NCBI GenBank assembly: GCA_030605095.1
Contig: JAUWBJ010000001.1
Location: 10,942 to 74,941, forward strand
Length of the DNA: 64,000 bases
From: Candidatus Omnitrophota bacterium
GTDB taxonomy: Bacteria > Omnitrophota > Gorgyraeia > JABMRN01 > RBG-13-46-9
Direction of reading: 5' to 3'
Shown: positions 18,811 through 28,506 of the stretch, piece by piece
Numbering within the stretch: position 1 is the first letter of the stretch
Layout: every line of letters begins with the position of its first letter
Notes under the pieces: generated by a model
Told to the model about the DNA's origin: nothing
Database searches by the model: none
The model's input: only the letters and a program-made list of their open reading frames with translations
Made by a program: the position numbers and the translations under genes

Positions 18811-19212
18811 ATGAAGACGGCAATCTCTACAGACGGAGATTATGTATCTGCACATTTCGGAAGGTGCCCCCATTTTACTATTTTGGATATAGAAAATGGA
18901 GAAATCGTAAAAAAAGAGATCATTCCCAACCCGGGTCATTCCCCGGGATTTATCCCTCAATTTCTGCATGAAAAAGGCGTTAAAGCCATCATAGCAGGGG
19001 GAATGGGTATGCGCGCAACAGGATTTTTCAGTGAATTGGGGATAGAGGCAATTGTCGGAATTAGTGGTAAAATAGACGATGTAATTACTCAACTTCTCAA
19101 AGGCACTTTAAAAGGCGGAGAAAGTTTATGTAAACCCGGTTCGGGCAAAGGATATGGTGTAGAGAAGACAGAATGCGAACATCCGGAAGAAAAGGAAGGT
19201 GAAGAAAAATGA
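18811..19212 (+). CDS. NifB/NifX-family (COG1433) protein
   Basis: VSAHFGRCP.F, IAGGMG. Confidence 0.88.
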   Translation: MKTAISTDGDYVSAHFGRCPHFTILDIENGEIVKKEIIPNPGHSPGFIPQFLHEKGVKAIIAGGMGMRATGFFSELGIEAIVGISGKIDDVITQLLKGTLKGGESLCKPGSGKGYGVEKTECEHPEEKEGEEK

Positions 19213-19580
19213 AAATATGCGTAACTTCACAAGGGGATAATTTAGATTCGCAAGTTGATCCCCGGTTTGGAAGATGTCAATATTTTATTATCGTTGATAC
19301 AGATACACTTGAATTTGAGGCGATACAGAATCCGAATATCGATGCTATGGGTGGAGCCGGCATTCAGTCGGGACAACTTATAGCAGGGAAGCAAGTTAAA
19401 GCGGTTTTAACAGGCAATGTTGGCCCGAATGCATTTCAGACATTGCAGGCTGGCGGCGTTGAAGTTATTGTTGGTGTTTCCGGAAGCGTGAAAGAAATTG
19501 TAGAAAAATATAAAAAAGGCGAATTAAAACCCACTGATAACCCGAGCGTAGGTAGAAAATTCGGAATGGGACAAAAATAA
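19209..19580 (+). CDS. NifB/NifX-family (COG1433) protein
   Basis: VDPRFGRCQYF, GAGIQ, TGNVGPNA. Confidence 0.88.
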   Translation: MKICVTSQGDNLDSQVDPRFGRCQYFIIVDTDTLEFEAIQNPNIDAMGGAGIQSGQLIAGKQVKAVLTGNVGPNAFQTLQAGGVEVIVGVSGSVKEIVEKYKKGELKPTDNPSVGRKFGMGQK

Positions 19581-19595
19581 TATCGGAGGTGTGTT

Positions 19596-19829
19596 ATGCC
19601 ATTTGGAGATGGGACAGGTCCATTAGGCCAAGGGCCGGGTACAGGAAGAAGAGGTATGGGTAGAGGCCGCGGACGTGGCAGGATGGGTGGTAATCGACCG
19701 GGCGCAGGACCGGGCGGATTCTGCATATGCCCTAATCCAGACTGCGGTGCAAAAGCAGCTCACGGGGTCGGTGTTCCCTGTTATAGCGTAAATTGTCCAA
19801 AATGTGGAGCAAAGATGGTCAGAGGATAA
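19596..19829 (+). CDS. Small DUF5320-like protein with C-terminal Zn ribbon
   Basis: MPFGDGTGP.GQGP.TGR, CICP..CG...H..G.PC....CPKCG..M.R. Confidence 0.75.
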   Translation: MPFGDGTGPLGQGPGTGRRGMGRGRGRGRMGGNRPGAGPGGFCICPNPDCGAKAAHGVGVPCYSVNCPKCGAKMVRG

Positions 19830-19835
19830 CAATAT

Positions 19836-20660
19836 ATGATTATTTCTGTAGCCAGCGGTAAAGGCGGAACGGGCAAAACAACCGTTGCTGTAAATCTGGC
19901 ATTGTCAATACCAAATGTCCAGTTGCTGGATTGTGACGTAGAAGAACCCAACGCTCATATATTTATAAAACCCTCAATAAAAAACAGAATGCCTGTATTT
20001 ATCCTCGTTCCCGAAGTTGATAAAACCAGATGCAACTTTTGCGGGAAATGCAAGGAAGTCTGTGCTTATAATGCAATAGCCGTATTAAAGAAAGATGTTT
20101 TAGTATTTAAGGAGTTATGCCATGGATGTGGCGCCTGTGCCTACCTTTGCCCCGAAGGCGCGATAAAAGAAGTTAATAAAGAGATAGGTTTTGTGGAGAT
20201 TGGCGAAAAAGATAATCTCCAATTTGCGCATGGCAAGCTCAAAATTGGTGAAGCAATGTCACCGCCCCTTATCAAGGCGGTGAAACAATATATGAATCCC
20301 ACCAGAACGGTTATCGTTGACATTCCACCCGGCACATCGTGCCCTGTCATTGAAGCAATAAAAAGAAGTGATTATTGCGTTTTAGTTACTGAACCTACCC
20401 CTTTTGGTCTATACGACCTTATTCTAGCGATTGAAGTCATAAGAAAACTTAAAATTCCTTTCGGCGTTGTTATCAATCGAGCTGATTTAGGGAATAGAAA
20501 AACAGAAGATTACTGCCATAAGGAAAATATACCTATACTTATGAAAATTCCTTTCAAGAAAGAAATAGCCAAAGCTTATTCCAGAGGCGAAATTATTATC
20601 GAAACTTTGCCGGAATATAAAAAGAGTTTTCAACAATTATTTAGTAAAATTGGAACATGA
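19836..20660 (+). CDS. MinD-superfamily P-loop ATPase with inserted ferredoxin (COG1149)
   Basis: ASGKGGTGKTT, DCDVEEPN, two CxxCxxCxxxC, D.PPGTSCP, TEPTPFG. Confidence 0.9.
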   Translation: MIISVASGKGGTGKTTVAVNLALSIPNVQLLDCDVEEPNAHIFIKPSIKNRMPVFILVPEVDKTRCNFCGKCKEVCAYNAIAVLKKDVLVFKELCHGCGACAYLCPEGAIKEVNKEIGFVEIGEKDNLQFAHGKLKIGEAMSPPLIKAVKQYMNPTRTVIVDIPPGTSCPVIEAIKRSDYCVLVTEPTPFGLYDLILAIEVIRKLKIPFGVVINRADLGNRKTEDYCHKENIPILMKIPFKKEIAKAYSRGEIIIETLPEYKKSFQQLFSKIGT

Positions 20661-20670
20661 TGGAAAGTAT

Positions 20671-21537
20671 ATGAAGCAAATTGTCGTAATAAGCGGTAAG
20701 GGCGGTACAGGCAAAACAGTCATTACGGGCGCTTTCGCCGCTTTAGCCAAGAATAAAGTTATGGCAGATTGCGATGTAGATGCCGCCGATTTACATCTTT
20801 TGCTTAAGCCAAAGATAAAAGAAAGAAATATATTTAAAAGCGGTGTAACGGCAGTTATTGACAAAAGTAAATGTACGGAGTGTGGTAAGTGTATCAAAAT
20901 TTGTCGGTTTAATGCCATAAACAAAGATTTTGTTGTGGACCCTATTTCTTGTGAAGGATGCGTTTTTTGTAGTTTTGTCTGTCCCGCGGAAGCCATTAAA
21001 ATGGAAAAAAATGTATCTGGAGAGTGGTTCATTTCGGATACCAGATTCGGCCCGATGGTTCACGCAAAACTTGGTATTGCCGAAGAAAATTCAGGAAAGC
21101 TGGTAAGCCTTGTCAGACAAAAGGCAAAGGAGATAGCCGAAAAGAGAAAATGTGACTGGGTTATCATCGATGGCGCGCCGGGGATAGGGTGTCCGGTAAT
21201 CGCCTCACTTACAGGTATTGATTGCGCATTGGTTATAACAGAGCCGACTTTATCGGGTTTACACGATGCCGATAGAGTTATAGGCGTGGCCAGGCATTTT
21301 GGAATCTTAGTTAAATTGGTTATAAATAAATATGATTTGAATATCGACATCACAAAGAAAATAGAGAACTATTGCCGGGATAACGATATTCAAGTTCTTG
21401 GTAAAGTCATTTTTGATAAATCTATAGTAAAAGCAATGGTAGAGGGAAAAACAATAATAGAATACAGAGACGGAAAGGCAAAGGAAGAGATCGCTGCAAT
21501 ATGGGACAGATTGCAAGAAATAAAAGAGAAGAGATAA
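20671..21537 (+). CDS. Second COG1149 ATPase
   Basis: SGKGGTGKT, DCDVDAADL, two 4Fe-4S motifs, ENSGKLV, DGAPGIGCP, TEPTLSG.HD. Confidence 0.9.
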   Translation: MKQIVVISGKGGTGKTVITGAFAALAKNKVMADCDVDAADLHLLLKPKIKERNIFKSGVTAVIDKSKCTECGKCIKICRFNAINKDFVVDPISCEGCVFCSFVCPAEAIKMEKNVSGEWFISDTRFGPMVHAKLGIAEENSGKLVSLVRQKAKEIAEKRKCDWVIIDGAPGIGCPVIASLTGIDCALVITEPTLSGLHDADRVIGVARHFGILVKLVINKYDLNIDITKKIENYCRDNDIQVLGKVIFDKSIVKAMVEGKTIIEYRDGKAKEEIAAIWDRLQEIKEKR

Positions 21538-21538
21538 A

Positions 21539-22249
21539 ATGGATAGAAGTTTATTAACAATAGTTTATGATAACCGATTATATGATAAAAGCCTGAAATC
21601 AGGATGGGGTTTTTCTTGTTTTATCGAACATTCAAACAAAAAGATTCTTTTTGATACCGGAAATGATTCAGAGAAACTGACTTTTAATTTAAAGAACCTG
21701 GAAATAAAATCTGAAGACTTAGACGCTATAGTTTTGTCGCATAATCATTGGGACCATACTGGCGGCCTTCAGGCCGTGCTTGGAAAAAACAAAGATTGCA
21801 AACTTTATTTTGGAAAATCCTATCCGGCTAGTTTTCAAGAGAAGATTAAATCACAAAGATTAAATTTTATTTTGGTTGAAGATATGCGCTCAATTACTGA
21901 AGGAATATTTGTCGGTCCGGAAATGGGAGGTTTTGGACCACGGGAAATTTCCTTAACAGTGCAAACAGATAAAGGTTTAGTTATAATTACAGGTTGCGCG
22001 CATCCGGGAATTTTAAAGATGGTGCGAGCGATTAAGAAAGAATTAAATAAGGATATTTATTTAGTCTTAGGCGGTTTTCATCTTGAATTTTCTCTGGGGT
22101 TAAATACAATAGTGAAAGGGCTTAAAAAAATAGGGGTTAAAAGAGCTGCTCCTTGCCATTGCACAGGCGAAAGGGCAATCAGTCTATTCGAGGAGAAATT
22201 CGGGAAAGATTTCATTAAAGTTGGCGGGGGATTAAAATTAGAGATTTGA
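21539..22249 (+). CDS. MBL-fold metallo-hydrolase (COG1237)
   Basis: WGFS, LFDTG, SHNHWDHTGG, GCAHPG, GGFH, PCHCTG. Confidence 0.9.
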   Translation: MDRSLLTIVYDNRLYDKSLKSGWGFSCFIEHSNKKILFDTGNDSEKLTFNLKNLEIKSEDLDAIVLSHNHWDHTGGLQAVLGKNKDCKLYFGKSYPASFQEKIKSQRLNFILVEDMRSITEGIFVGPEMGGFGPREISLTVQTDKGLVIITGCAHPGILKMVRAIKKELNKDIYLVLGGFHLEFSLGLNTIVKGLKKIGVKRAAPCHCTGERAISLFEEKFGKDFIKVGGGLKLEI

Positions 22250-22256
22250 GAATAAA

Positions 22257-23174
22257 ATGAGGACGTATTTAGATTGCATACCGTGTTTTTTCAAACAGGC
22301 GCTTGAGGCAGCCAGGCTTGCCGGCGCAGGCCCAAGGACACAAAAGAAAATAGTAAATGAACTAGCCAAAGTTTTACCAAAATTTTCTTTAGCTTCATCT
22401 CCGCCTGAAATGGGTCGAATTGTTTATGGATTGGTCAGGAAGATAACCCATCAAGAGGATCCTTATAAAAAAATAAAAGCCAAAAGCAATAAGCTTGCTC
22501 TCAGACTTTATAATAAGCTCAAGGATAAGGTGCGGCATTCTAATAATAGATTATTGACAGCGCTTGAATTAGCTATTGCCGGAAATATAATTGACTATGG
22601 GGTAAAAAACTCCTTAGACGTGGATAAAGAGCTGAAAAGAATTTTAAACGAAGAGAATAAAGCTATTAAAAATGAGAGCAAAGAGCTATTTAATTATTCC
22701 GAATTTAAACATGCCTTGCGTAATGCCGAAACTATTCTCTATTTAGGCGATAACGCAGGAGAAACAGTTTTTGACAGAATTTTAATCGAAGAAATAAAGA
22801 GATTGCATAAAAATAAAAGAATCATTTATGCTGTCAAAGAGAGGCCTGTAATTAACGACGCTTTAATTGAAGATGCGAAAAAATGCAGTATTGATAAAGT
22901 AGCGGAGGTGATCTCAAGCGGATTAGACACGCCCGGCACAGTCCTTCCTTTTTGTTCAAAGAAATTTTTGAAAATTTATAAAGAAGCAGATATACTTATC
23001 AGCAAAGGCCAGGGAAACTTTGAGGCCTTATCCGATGAGAAAAAGGCGATTTTCTTCCTGTTTATGGCTAAGTGCCCGGTAGTTGCCAGAGATATAGGAT
23101 GTAACGTTGGAGATATAATCTTACTTTATAGCAAACATAGAAGAAATTGGATGAAATTGAAACTCGGGAGGTGA
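22257..23174 (+). CDS. DUF89/ARMT1-like damage-control phosphatase
   Basis: DCIPC, IAGNIID, DNAGE..FD, INDA, SKGQGNFE, KCPVVA. Confidence 0.9.
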   Translation: MRTYLDCIPCFFKQALEAARLAGAGPRTQKKIVNELAKVLPKFSLASSPPEMGRIVYGLVRKITHQEDPYKKIKAKSNKLALRLYNKLKDKVRHSNNRLLTALELAIAGNIIDYGVKNSLDVDKELKRILNEENKAIKNESKELFNYSEFKHALRNAETILYLGDNAGETVFDRILIEEIKRLHKNKRIIYAVKERPVINDALIEDAKKCSIDKVAEVISSGLDTPGTVLPFCSKKFLKIYKEADILISKGQGNFEALSDEKKAIFFLFMAKCPVVARDIGCNVGDIILLYSKHRRNWMKLKLGR

Positions 23175-23177
23175 CGG

Positions 23178-23813
23178 ATGAAAAATAATATCAGACATGT
23201 TTTTAGTGAATTAAAAGATCATCTTCCTTATAGTATATTCAGTGTTGCTACAGGAATGATAATTTTAGGTCTTCTTACTTTTGGCGCACAGATTTTAGGT
23301 TCGATTAATATCTCCGGTCCATCAAGAGGTCTTTTCCATGTTTTTCATCCTATACATATTCTTTTCAGCGCTACCGCAACAACCGCTATGTTCTGGCGGC
23401 ATGAAAAAAGATTTTTAAAAGCCATAATAATCGGTTTTATCGGAGCAGTAGGCATATGCGGGATAAGTGATATATTTATACCGTATATCGCCGGGTTTCT
23501 CCTTGGCGTTAAAATGCACCTTCATATATGCATTATTGAACATCCGTTTCTTATCCTTCCTTTTGTGATCACAGGTATATTTGCAGGTCTTATAATTCCG
23601 GCTACAACGCAAAAAAGCACTCTTTTCTCGCATGCCGCGCATGTCTTTGTAAGTGGCATGGCTTCCATTCTTTACCTGATAGGCTTTGGTCTTACCGAAT
23701 GGATTCCCGTTGCCGGAATGGTATTTGTTTATATGCTTTTAGCCGTTATCATTCCCTGTTGCACGTCAGATATTGTCTTTCCCTTGCTTCTAACCAAAAA
23801 AGCGGAAACATAA
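23178..23813 (+). CDS. His/Cys-rich integral membrane protein, possible metal permease
   Basis: About 6 hydrophobic segments with FHVFHP.H, HLHIC..EHP, SHAAH, PCCTSD; sits directly before nikR. Confidence 0.6.
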   Translation: MKNNIRHVFSELKDHLPYSIFSVATGMIILGLLTFGAQILGSINISGPSRGLFHVFHPIHILFSATATTAMFWRHEKRFLKAIIIGFIGAVGICGISDIFIPYIAGFLLGVKMHLHICIIEHPFLILPFVITGIFAGLIIPATTQKSTLFSHAAHVFVSGMASILYLIGFGLTEWIPVAGMVFVYMLLAVIIPCCTSDIVFPLLLTKKAET

Positions 23814-23823
23814 TAAAAAATAC

Positions 23824-23869
23824 TTGACACAACCCTCGCTGTGTGTTACTATTTACAAAAACGTAACAC
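23824..23869 (+). promoter_or_regulatory. Sigma70 promoter with NikR operator
   Basis: TTGACA(23824)-N17-TACTAT(23847) with TG extension; GTGTTAC-N13-GTAACAC palindrome at 23843-23869 covers the -10. Confidence 0.85.
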
Positions 23870-23887
23870 CATGACAGGAGAAAAACT

Positions 23888-24304
23888 ATGCCGAAACTAG
23901 TGCGCTTCGGGATATCGCTGGAAAAAGAACTTCTCGCAAAATTCGACAAACACATAAGCAAAAAGAAATACCAAAATCGCTCTGAAGCTATAAGAGACCT
24001 TATTAGAGAAGAAATTGTTAAGACAGAGTGGTTAAAAGATAAAGAGGTTGCCGGAACAATTACCCTTGTTTATGACCACCACAAGAGGGAACTGATAAAC
24101 AAACTGACCGATATCCAACATGATTTCCACGAACTTATTATTTCTACCCAACATATTCACCTCGACCACGATAATTGTTTAGAGATCATCGCCGTTAAAA
24201 GTAAACCTAAAGAAGCCCAGAAGTTAGCCGATACCTTAAAATCGATTAAAGGTGTAAAACACGAAACTTTAAGTATGTCGAGTACGGGAAAGGAGATTAT
24301 ATGA
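23888..24304 (+). CDS. nikR: Nickel-responsive regulator NikR
   Basis: RFGISL, NRSEAIRDL, YDHH, HIHLDHDNCLE. Confidence 0.95.
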   Translation: MPKLVRFGISLEKELLAKFDKHISKKKYQNRSEAIRDLIREEIVKTEWLKDKEVAGTITLVYDHHKRELINKLTDIQHDFHELIISTQHIHLDHDNCLEIIAVKSKPKEAQKLADTLKSIKGVKHETLSMSSTGKEII

Positions 24305-25056
24305 GAGAGAAACTATTTAAAACCGGTTTAATTTTGATTTTATATTTATTAGCTTTTCCGTCGGTTGTTTTTGCAGTAAGACCTTTATCTACCGACGATG
24401 CAGGTACGGTGGGAAGGATGCATTTTGAAATTGAATCCGGATTTGAATATGCGGATGCGACAAACAATGAATCTACATGGGCTACAGCTTTAAAATACGG
24501 CCTTCTCGAGAAATTAGATATAGCTATAGAAATCCCTTATCAATATATTAATAATTGCGATGATGAGGACGGGTTAGGTGATATTACTTTTTCTTCTAAA
24601 TATCATTTTTTAGAAGAGACTGAAGGCCTACCTGCCATGGCTATCAGTTCCAGCATTAAGACAAAGACGGGAAACGACGATAAAAACTTAGGCACAGGCG
24701 AGATGGATTATAGTGCGACTGCTATATTGACCAAAGAGTTGGATAACATCACTGGCCATAAAATCATTGCCCATTTAAATTTAGGATATACATATACGGA
24801 TAAAAGCCACGATGATATATTTTCTTACGGCTTGGCAGTGGAATACCCATTTAATAATAGATTAAATCTGGTGGGAGAACTTACCGGCGAGACGACAAAT
24901 TTTGAAGGAGATTTTAACGATAACCCGTTTGCAGCTCTTATGGGTTTTAACTACGCGTTTTCGGAACTGTTAAGATTTGATTTTGGTATGAGTGTAGGAA
25001 TATCCGAGGCCAGTCCTGATTATACGATTATCACTGGCCTGACACTGTCATTTTAA
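24301..25056 (+). CDS. Outer-membrane beta-barrel / porin-like transporter
   Basis: Signal peptide, RPLSTDDAG, GLGD, TG.....LG.G, terminal Phe. Confidence 0.7.
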   Translation: MREKLFKTGLILILYLLAFPSVVFAVRPLSTDDAGTVGRMHFEIESGFEYADATNNESTWATALKYGLLEKLDIAIEIPYQYINNCDDEDGLGDITFSSKYHFLEETEGLPAMAISSSIKTKTGNDDKNLGTGEMDYSATAILTKELDNITGHKIIAHLNLGYTYTDKSHDDIFSYGLAVEYPFNNRLNLVGELTGETTNFEGDFNDNPFAALMGFNYAFSELLRFDFGMSVGISEASPDYTIITGLTLSF

Positions 25057-25074
25057 AAAGAAAGGAGGACTAAC

Positions 25075-25362
25075 ATGTGTTATACCGCACCATTAGTAGG
25101 AGCTATAGTTACATCTGTAGCATGGAGCAAGACAAAAAGTGTGAAAATTTGGTGGTTGACCCTGATGTTTTACGGAGGCGCATTGTTCGGAGTAATAGAC
25201 CATCTCTGGAACGGTGAGCTATTCCTTATCTCCGAAAACATAATCAGCGATTTGTTGTTAGGGGTAACTATTACAGCCATTATTTTCGTCTCTTGGGGGA
25301 TAGCTGTTATATCTAGCAAGACGAACCCTACGTTAGCGAAGTATATAAACGTCAAGAGCTAA
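25075..25362 (+). CDS. Small membrane protein of unknown function
   Basis: RBS AAGGAGG; three hydrophobic segments; MCY N-terminus; GVIDHLWNGE. Confidence 0.7.
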   Translation: MCYTAPLVGAIVTSVAWSKTKSVKIWWLTLMFYGGALFGVIDHLWNGELFLISENIISDLLLGVTITAIIFVSWGIAVISSKTNPTLAKYINVKS

Positions 25363-25413
25363 TCCATAAATTTTAATTCAAAAAATACACATTATAGGGT
25401 ATAATAATGCCCT

Positions 25414-26721
25414 ATGAGAAAAAATTTATGCGTTGGCATATTAAGCGAAACCAGGTACGATGAAAAGCGCACGCCCCTCGACCCTTCCGATGTAAAGTGG
25501 CTTGTTAAAAGGGGCGTTAAAGTCGAGATCGAATCCAGCCCACGCCGCGCTTTCAAGGATAATGAGTATAAAGCGGCCGGCGCAAAGATTTTGAATCGGT
25601 TCCGGAACGCTACACTTCTCTTGGGAATTAAAGGCCCGCCCGTCGAAGGTTTATACCCGAATAAAATCTACATGGTTTTTTCGCATACCGTAAAAGGCCA
25701 ATCCCATAATATGCCCCTTCTTAAGGCCTGCCTCAAAAAAAATACTACCTTGATTGACTATGAGAAAATTGTGGATTTACAAGGGAAGCGGCTTGTTTAC
25801 TTTGGAAGATTCGCGGGGATCTGTGGATTGATTGATAGCTTGCATTATCTGGGAAAAAGGCTAGAGCGGGAGGGGCTTAAGAATCCCTTCTCATTAATTC
25901 AGCCGACATATAGATACGGGTCATTGAAAGAGGTAAAGAAGGCCGTCGCAGAACTCGGTGATAAAATCCGGACTAAAGGGTTTATTAAAAGATTAAGCCC
26001 GTTTATCATTGGTATTACAGGGCATGGCCGCGTCTCAGGCGGCGTGCAGGAAATACTAGAACCATTGAATCCTATAGAAATCCATCCGAGGGATATGACG
26101 CGATTTATTAAACATCAAAAAAGAATGCGGCATAAAATATATAAGATTGTTTTTCTGCGTGAAGAGAAATTCAGGTCCAAAGACGGCAAGGGCTTTTATT
26201 TTGAGGAATATCTCAAAAACCCCAAAAGATTTGAATCCAACCTGGACGCCTACCTCCCGTATCTCAATATGCTTATTCACACCAGCTATTGGGACAGCCG
26301 CTATCCGCGACTGGTTACCAAAAAGATGATTGATAAATTGAGTAGAAATAAGCCTTTCCGATTAAGATTTATCGCAGATATATCCTGCGATGTTAACGGT
26401 TCGATCGAACTTACCTATAAGACCACAACGATAAGTAATCCCATATTTACCTACGATCCGCATAATAAAAAGTTTGCCGGTGGAGATTCACCACAGGGCA
26501 TTGGTATTTTAGCGGTGGATAACCTGCCGGCAGAATTACCAAAGGACGCCTCACGGGAATTCTCAGGCCTTATCCGCGATTATGTCTATCAGATTGCGAT
26601 ACATGGCGCGCGCGATATAACAAACCACGCTGCCCTGCCAACCGAGATACGCAGGGCCGTTATTATACAAGGCGGTAAAATAACCCGGGATTTCAAGCAC
26701 TTAAAAAAATGGGTAAAATAA
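25414..26721 (+). CDS. Lysine-ketoglutarate reductase / saccharopine dehydrogenase-like (AlaDH/PNT fold)
   Basis: EKRTPL.P, FSHTVKGQ..NM, LIDYE, FGRFAG..G, YWD.RYPRL, DISCD..GSIE, VDNLPAELP. Confidence 0.85.
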   Translation: MRKNLCVGILSETRYDEKRTPLDPSDVKWLVKRGVKVEIESSPRRAFKDNEYKAAGAKILNRFRNATLLLGIKGPPVEGLYPNKIYMVFSHTVKGQSHNMPLLKACLKKNTTLIDYEKIVDLQGKRLVYFGRFAGICGLIDSLHYLGKRLEREGLKNPFSLIQPTYRYGSLKEVKKAVAELGDKIRTKGFIKRLSPFIIGITGHGRVSGGVQEILEPLNPIEIHPRDMTRFIKHQKRMRHKIYKIVFLREEKFRSKDGKGFYFEEYLKNPKRFESNLDAYLPYLNMLIHTSYWDSRYPRLVTKKMIDKLSRNKPFRLRFIADISCDVNGSIELTYKTTTISNPIFTYDPHNKKFAGGDSPQGIGILAVDNLPAELPKDASREFSGLIRDYVYQIAIHGARDITNHAALPTEIRRAVIIQGGKITRDFKHLKKWVK

Positions 26722-27794
26722 AAGAACGGATTACAATTTTAGCTATCGGAGATAGAGTTGACCATGACTCATATAAAAAATTCCATAAAGAAAAAGCTTT
26801 TATTTTGAAATCCGGCTTCGATTATGCAAGTATAGATTACGAACGATTTTTAATCAGGGGCGCCCCACTGATAAAAACAAAAAAAGTTATTGTATTTTTG
26901 TTTTTTCCGTTTATCTATTGGAATAAATACATAGAGCATAAAAACTATAAAGGCATATATGGTAACCACAGCTTTTATAAGAAATTTGTCCTTTTTTGGA
27001 ACAAAGTAGAAAAAGCCCTTAAAGATTCCTTGCTGGATAAAGAGGTATTTTTTGTAAATTCCCCTCACTTTTGCGGGTTATATAGAGATAAAATTGAGGT
27101 AACAAGGAAATTTTCGCATGAGCGCATCCCCGATCCGAGATTATACAATATACACAGCGTCAAAAAACTTAAGAATTTACTCGATAAAGGGCATAGCCTT
27201 TTTCTGAAACCCCGATATGGCTCAATGGGGAAGGGCATTACATATTTAACCTGGTCAAACTGGCAGACAAATTTCATATTCAAGAATGGTAAGATAATAA
27301 GTAAAAAATCCGATCATGGATGGAAATTCAGGGATATCACAGGAAACAACGCATTTTTACATAAACTTATCAAGAAAGATATTTTAATAGAGAAAGCGGT
27401 GGATTCGTTACTTCTGAAAAAAATGAAAGTAGATATGCGAATATATACGTTCTTTAACAAAGTTACCTATATCTATCCCCGCAGGAATAGAGCCGATAGC
27501 ATTACGACAAACATTTCTCAGGGCGCCAAGGGCGATCCAAGTATTTTGCAAAGATTACCGAAGGATTTAGTAAAGAAAGCAAAAAAACTGGCTTCGAAGG
27601 TATCAGCGGTCTTAGGGCTAAATTTAGCGGGCATGGATATCATGATGGATAGCAATCTTAAGGATATATATGTTATAGACGTGAATCTTTTTCCGGGGTT
27701 TCCCAAAAGAAAAACGTTTAATCTTACGCAACGCATGGTTAGAGACCTGGCAAAATTGACCGCAAAGGGGGTAATAGGTTATGAATCTTTCTAA
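26709..27794 (+). CDS. ATP-grasp ligase (RimK/YheCD-like)
   Basis: RDK, LKPRYGSMGKGI, DMR, TTNISQG, AGMDI, IDVN.FPG. Confidence 0.75.
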   Translation: MGKIKERITILAIGDRVDHDSYKKFHKEKAFILKSGFDYASIDYERFLIRGAPLIKTKKVIVFLFFPFIYWNKYIEHKNYKGIYGNHSFYKKFVLFWNKVEKALKDSLLDKEVFFVNSPHFCGLYRDKIEVTRKFSHERIPDPRLYNIHSVKKLKNLLDKGHSLFLKPRYGSMGKGITYLTWSNWQTNFIFKNGKIISKKSDHGWKFRDITGNNAFLHKLIKKDILIEKAVDSLLLKKMKVDMRIYTFFNKVTYIYPRRNRADSITTNISQGAKGDPSILQRLPKDLVKKAKKLASKVSAVLGLNLAGMDIMMDSNLKDIYVIDVNLFPGFPKRKTFNLTQRMVRDLAKLTAKGVIGYESF

Positions 27795-28506
27795 AGAAAT
27801 GAGAGATTGGATAAAGAAACAAGTTGAGAAAGCGCATAAAAAGGGAATTCTGTTTGGCCTGAGCGGGGGCCTTGATTCAGCAGTTGTGGCTTATCTTGCC
27901 AAGTTAGCGGTAGGCGATAATGCATTGGGTTTAATTCTTCCGTGCAAAAGCGATCCAAAGGATGTAGAACTTGCGCTAACGGTGGCTGAAAAATTCAATA
28001 TCAAAACAAAAGAGATACAGTTAGATAATATATTCGATGAACTTGTTAAGATATATCCGGAAGCAAATAATTTAGCAAAAGGTAATCTAAAGCCACGCCT
28101 GCGAATGACCGTGCTATATTATTTTGCGAATACCTTTGACTACCTGGTGGCCGGAACAGGCAATAAGAGCGAAATAACCATCGGCTATTTTACAAAGTAT
28201 GGCGATGGCGGCGCTGATATTTTACCTTTGGGGGGACTACTTAAAACCGAGGTAAGGAAGTTGGCTAAGGAGATAGGCGTTCCTGATGAAATAATAAAAA
28301 GGCCGCCTTCGGCAGGCCTGTGGCATGGGCAGACGGATGAGGGCGAGATAGGCATTACTTACGAAGAACTTGATAAAGTTATTAAAGCGCTTGAGAAAAA
28401 CAAGACAGAGGGTATGGACAAAAGGACATTGCAAAAAGTAAAGAAGATGATAAGGAATTCGGAACATAAAAGGACTAAAATACCAATGTTTGGAGGTGTA
28501 AAATGA
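27781..28506 (+). CDS. nadE: NH3-dependent NAD+ synthetase
   Basis: GLSGGLDS, N.K.RLRM, GTGNKSE..GYFTKYGDG, PSAGLW.GQTDE; no glutaminase domain. Confidence 0.95.
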   Translation: MNLSKEMRDWIKKQVEKAHKKGILFGLSGGLDSAVVAYLAKLAVGDNALGLILPCKSDPKDVELALTVAEKFNIKTKEIQLDNIFDELVKIYPEANNLAKGNLKPRLRMTVLYYFANTFDYLVAGTGNKSEITIGYFTKYGDGGADILPLGGLLKTEVRKLAKEIGVPDEIIKRPPSAGLWHGQTDEGEIGITYEELDKVIKALEKNKTEGMDKRTLQKVKKMIRNSEHKRTKIPMFGGVK

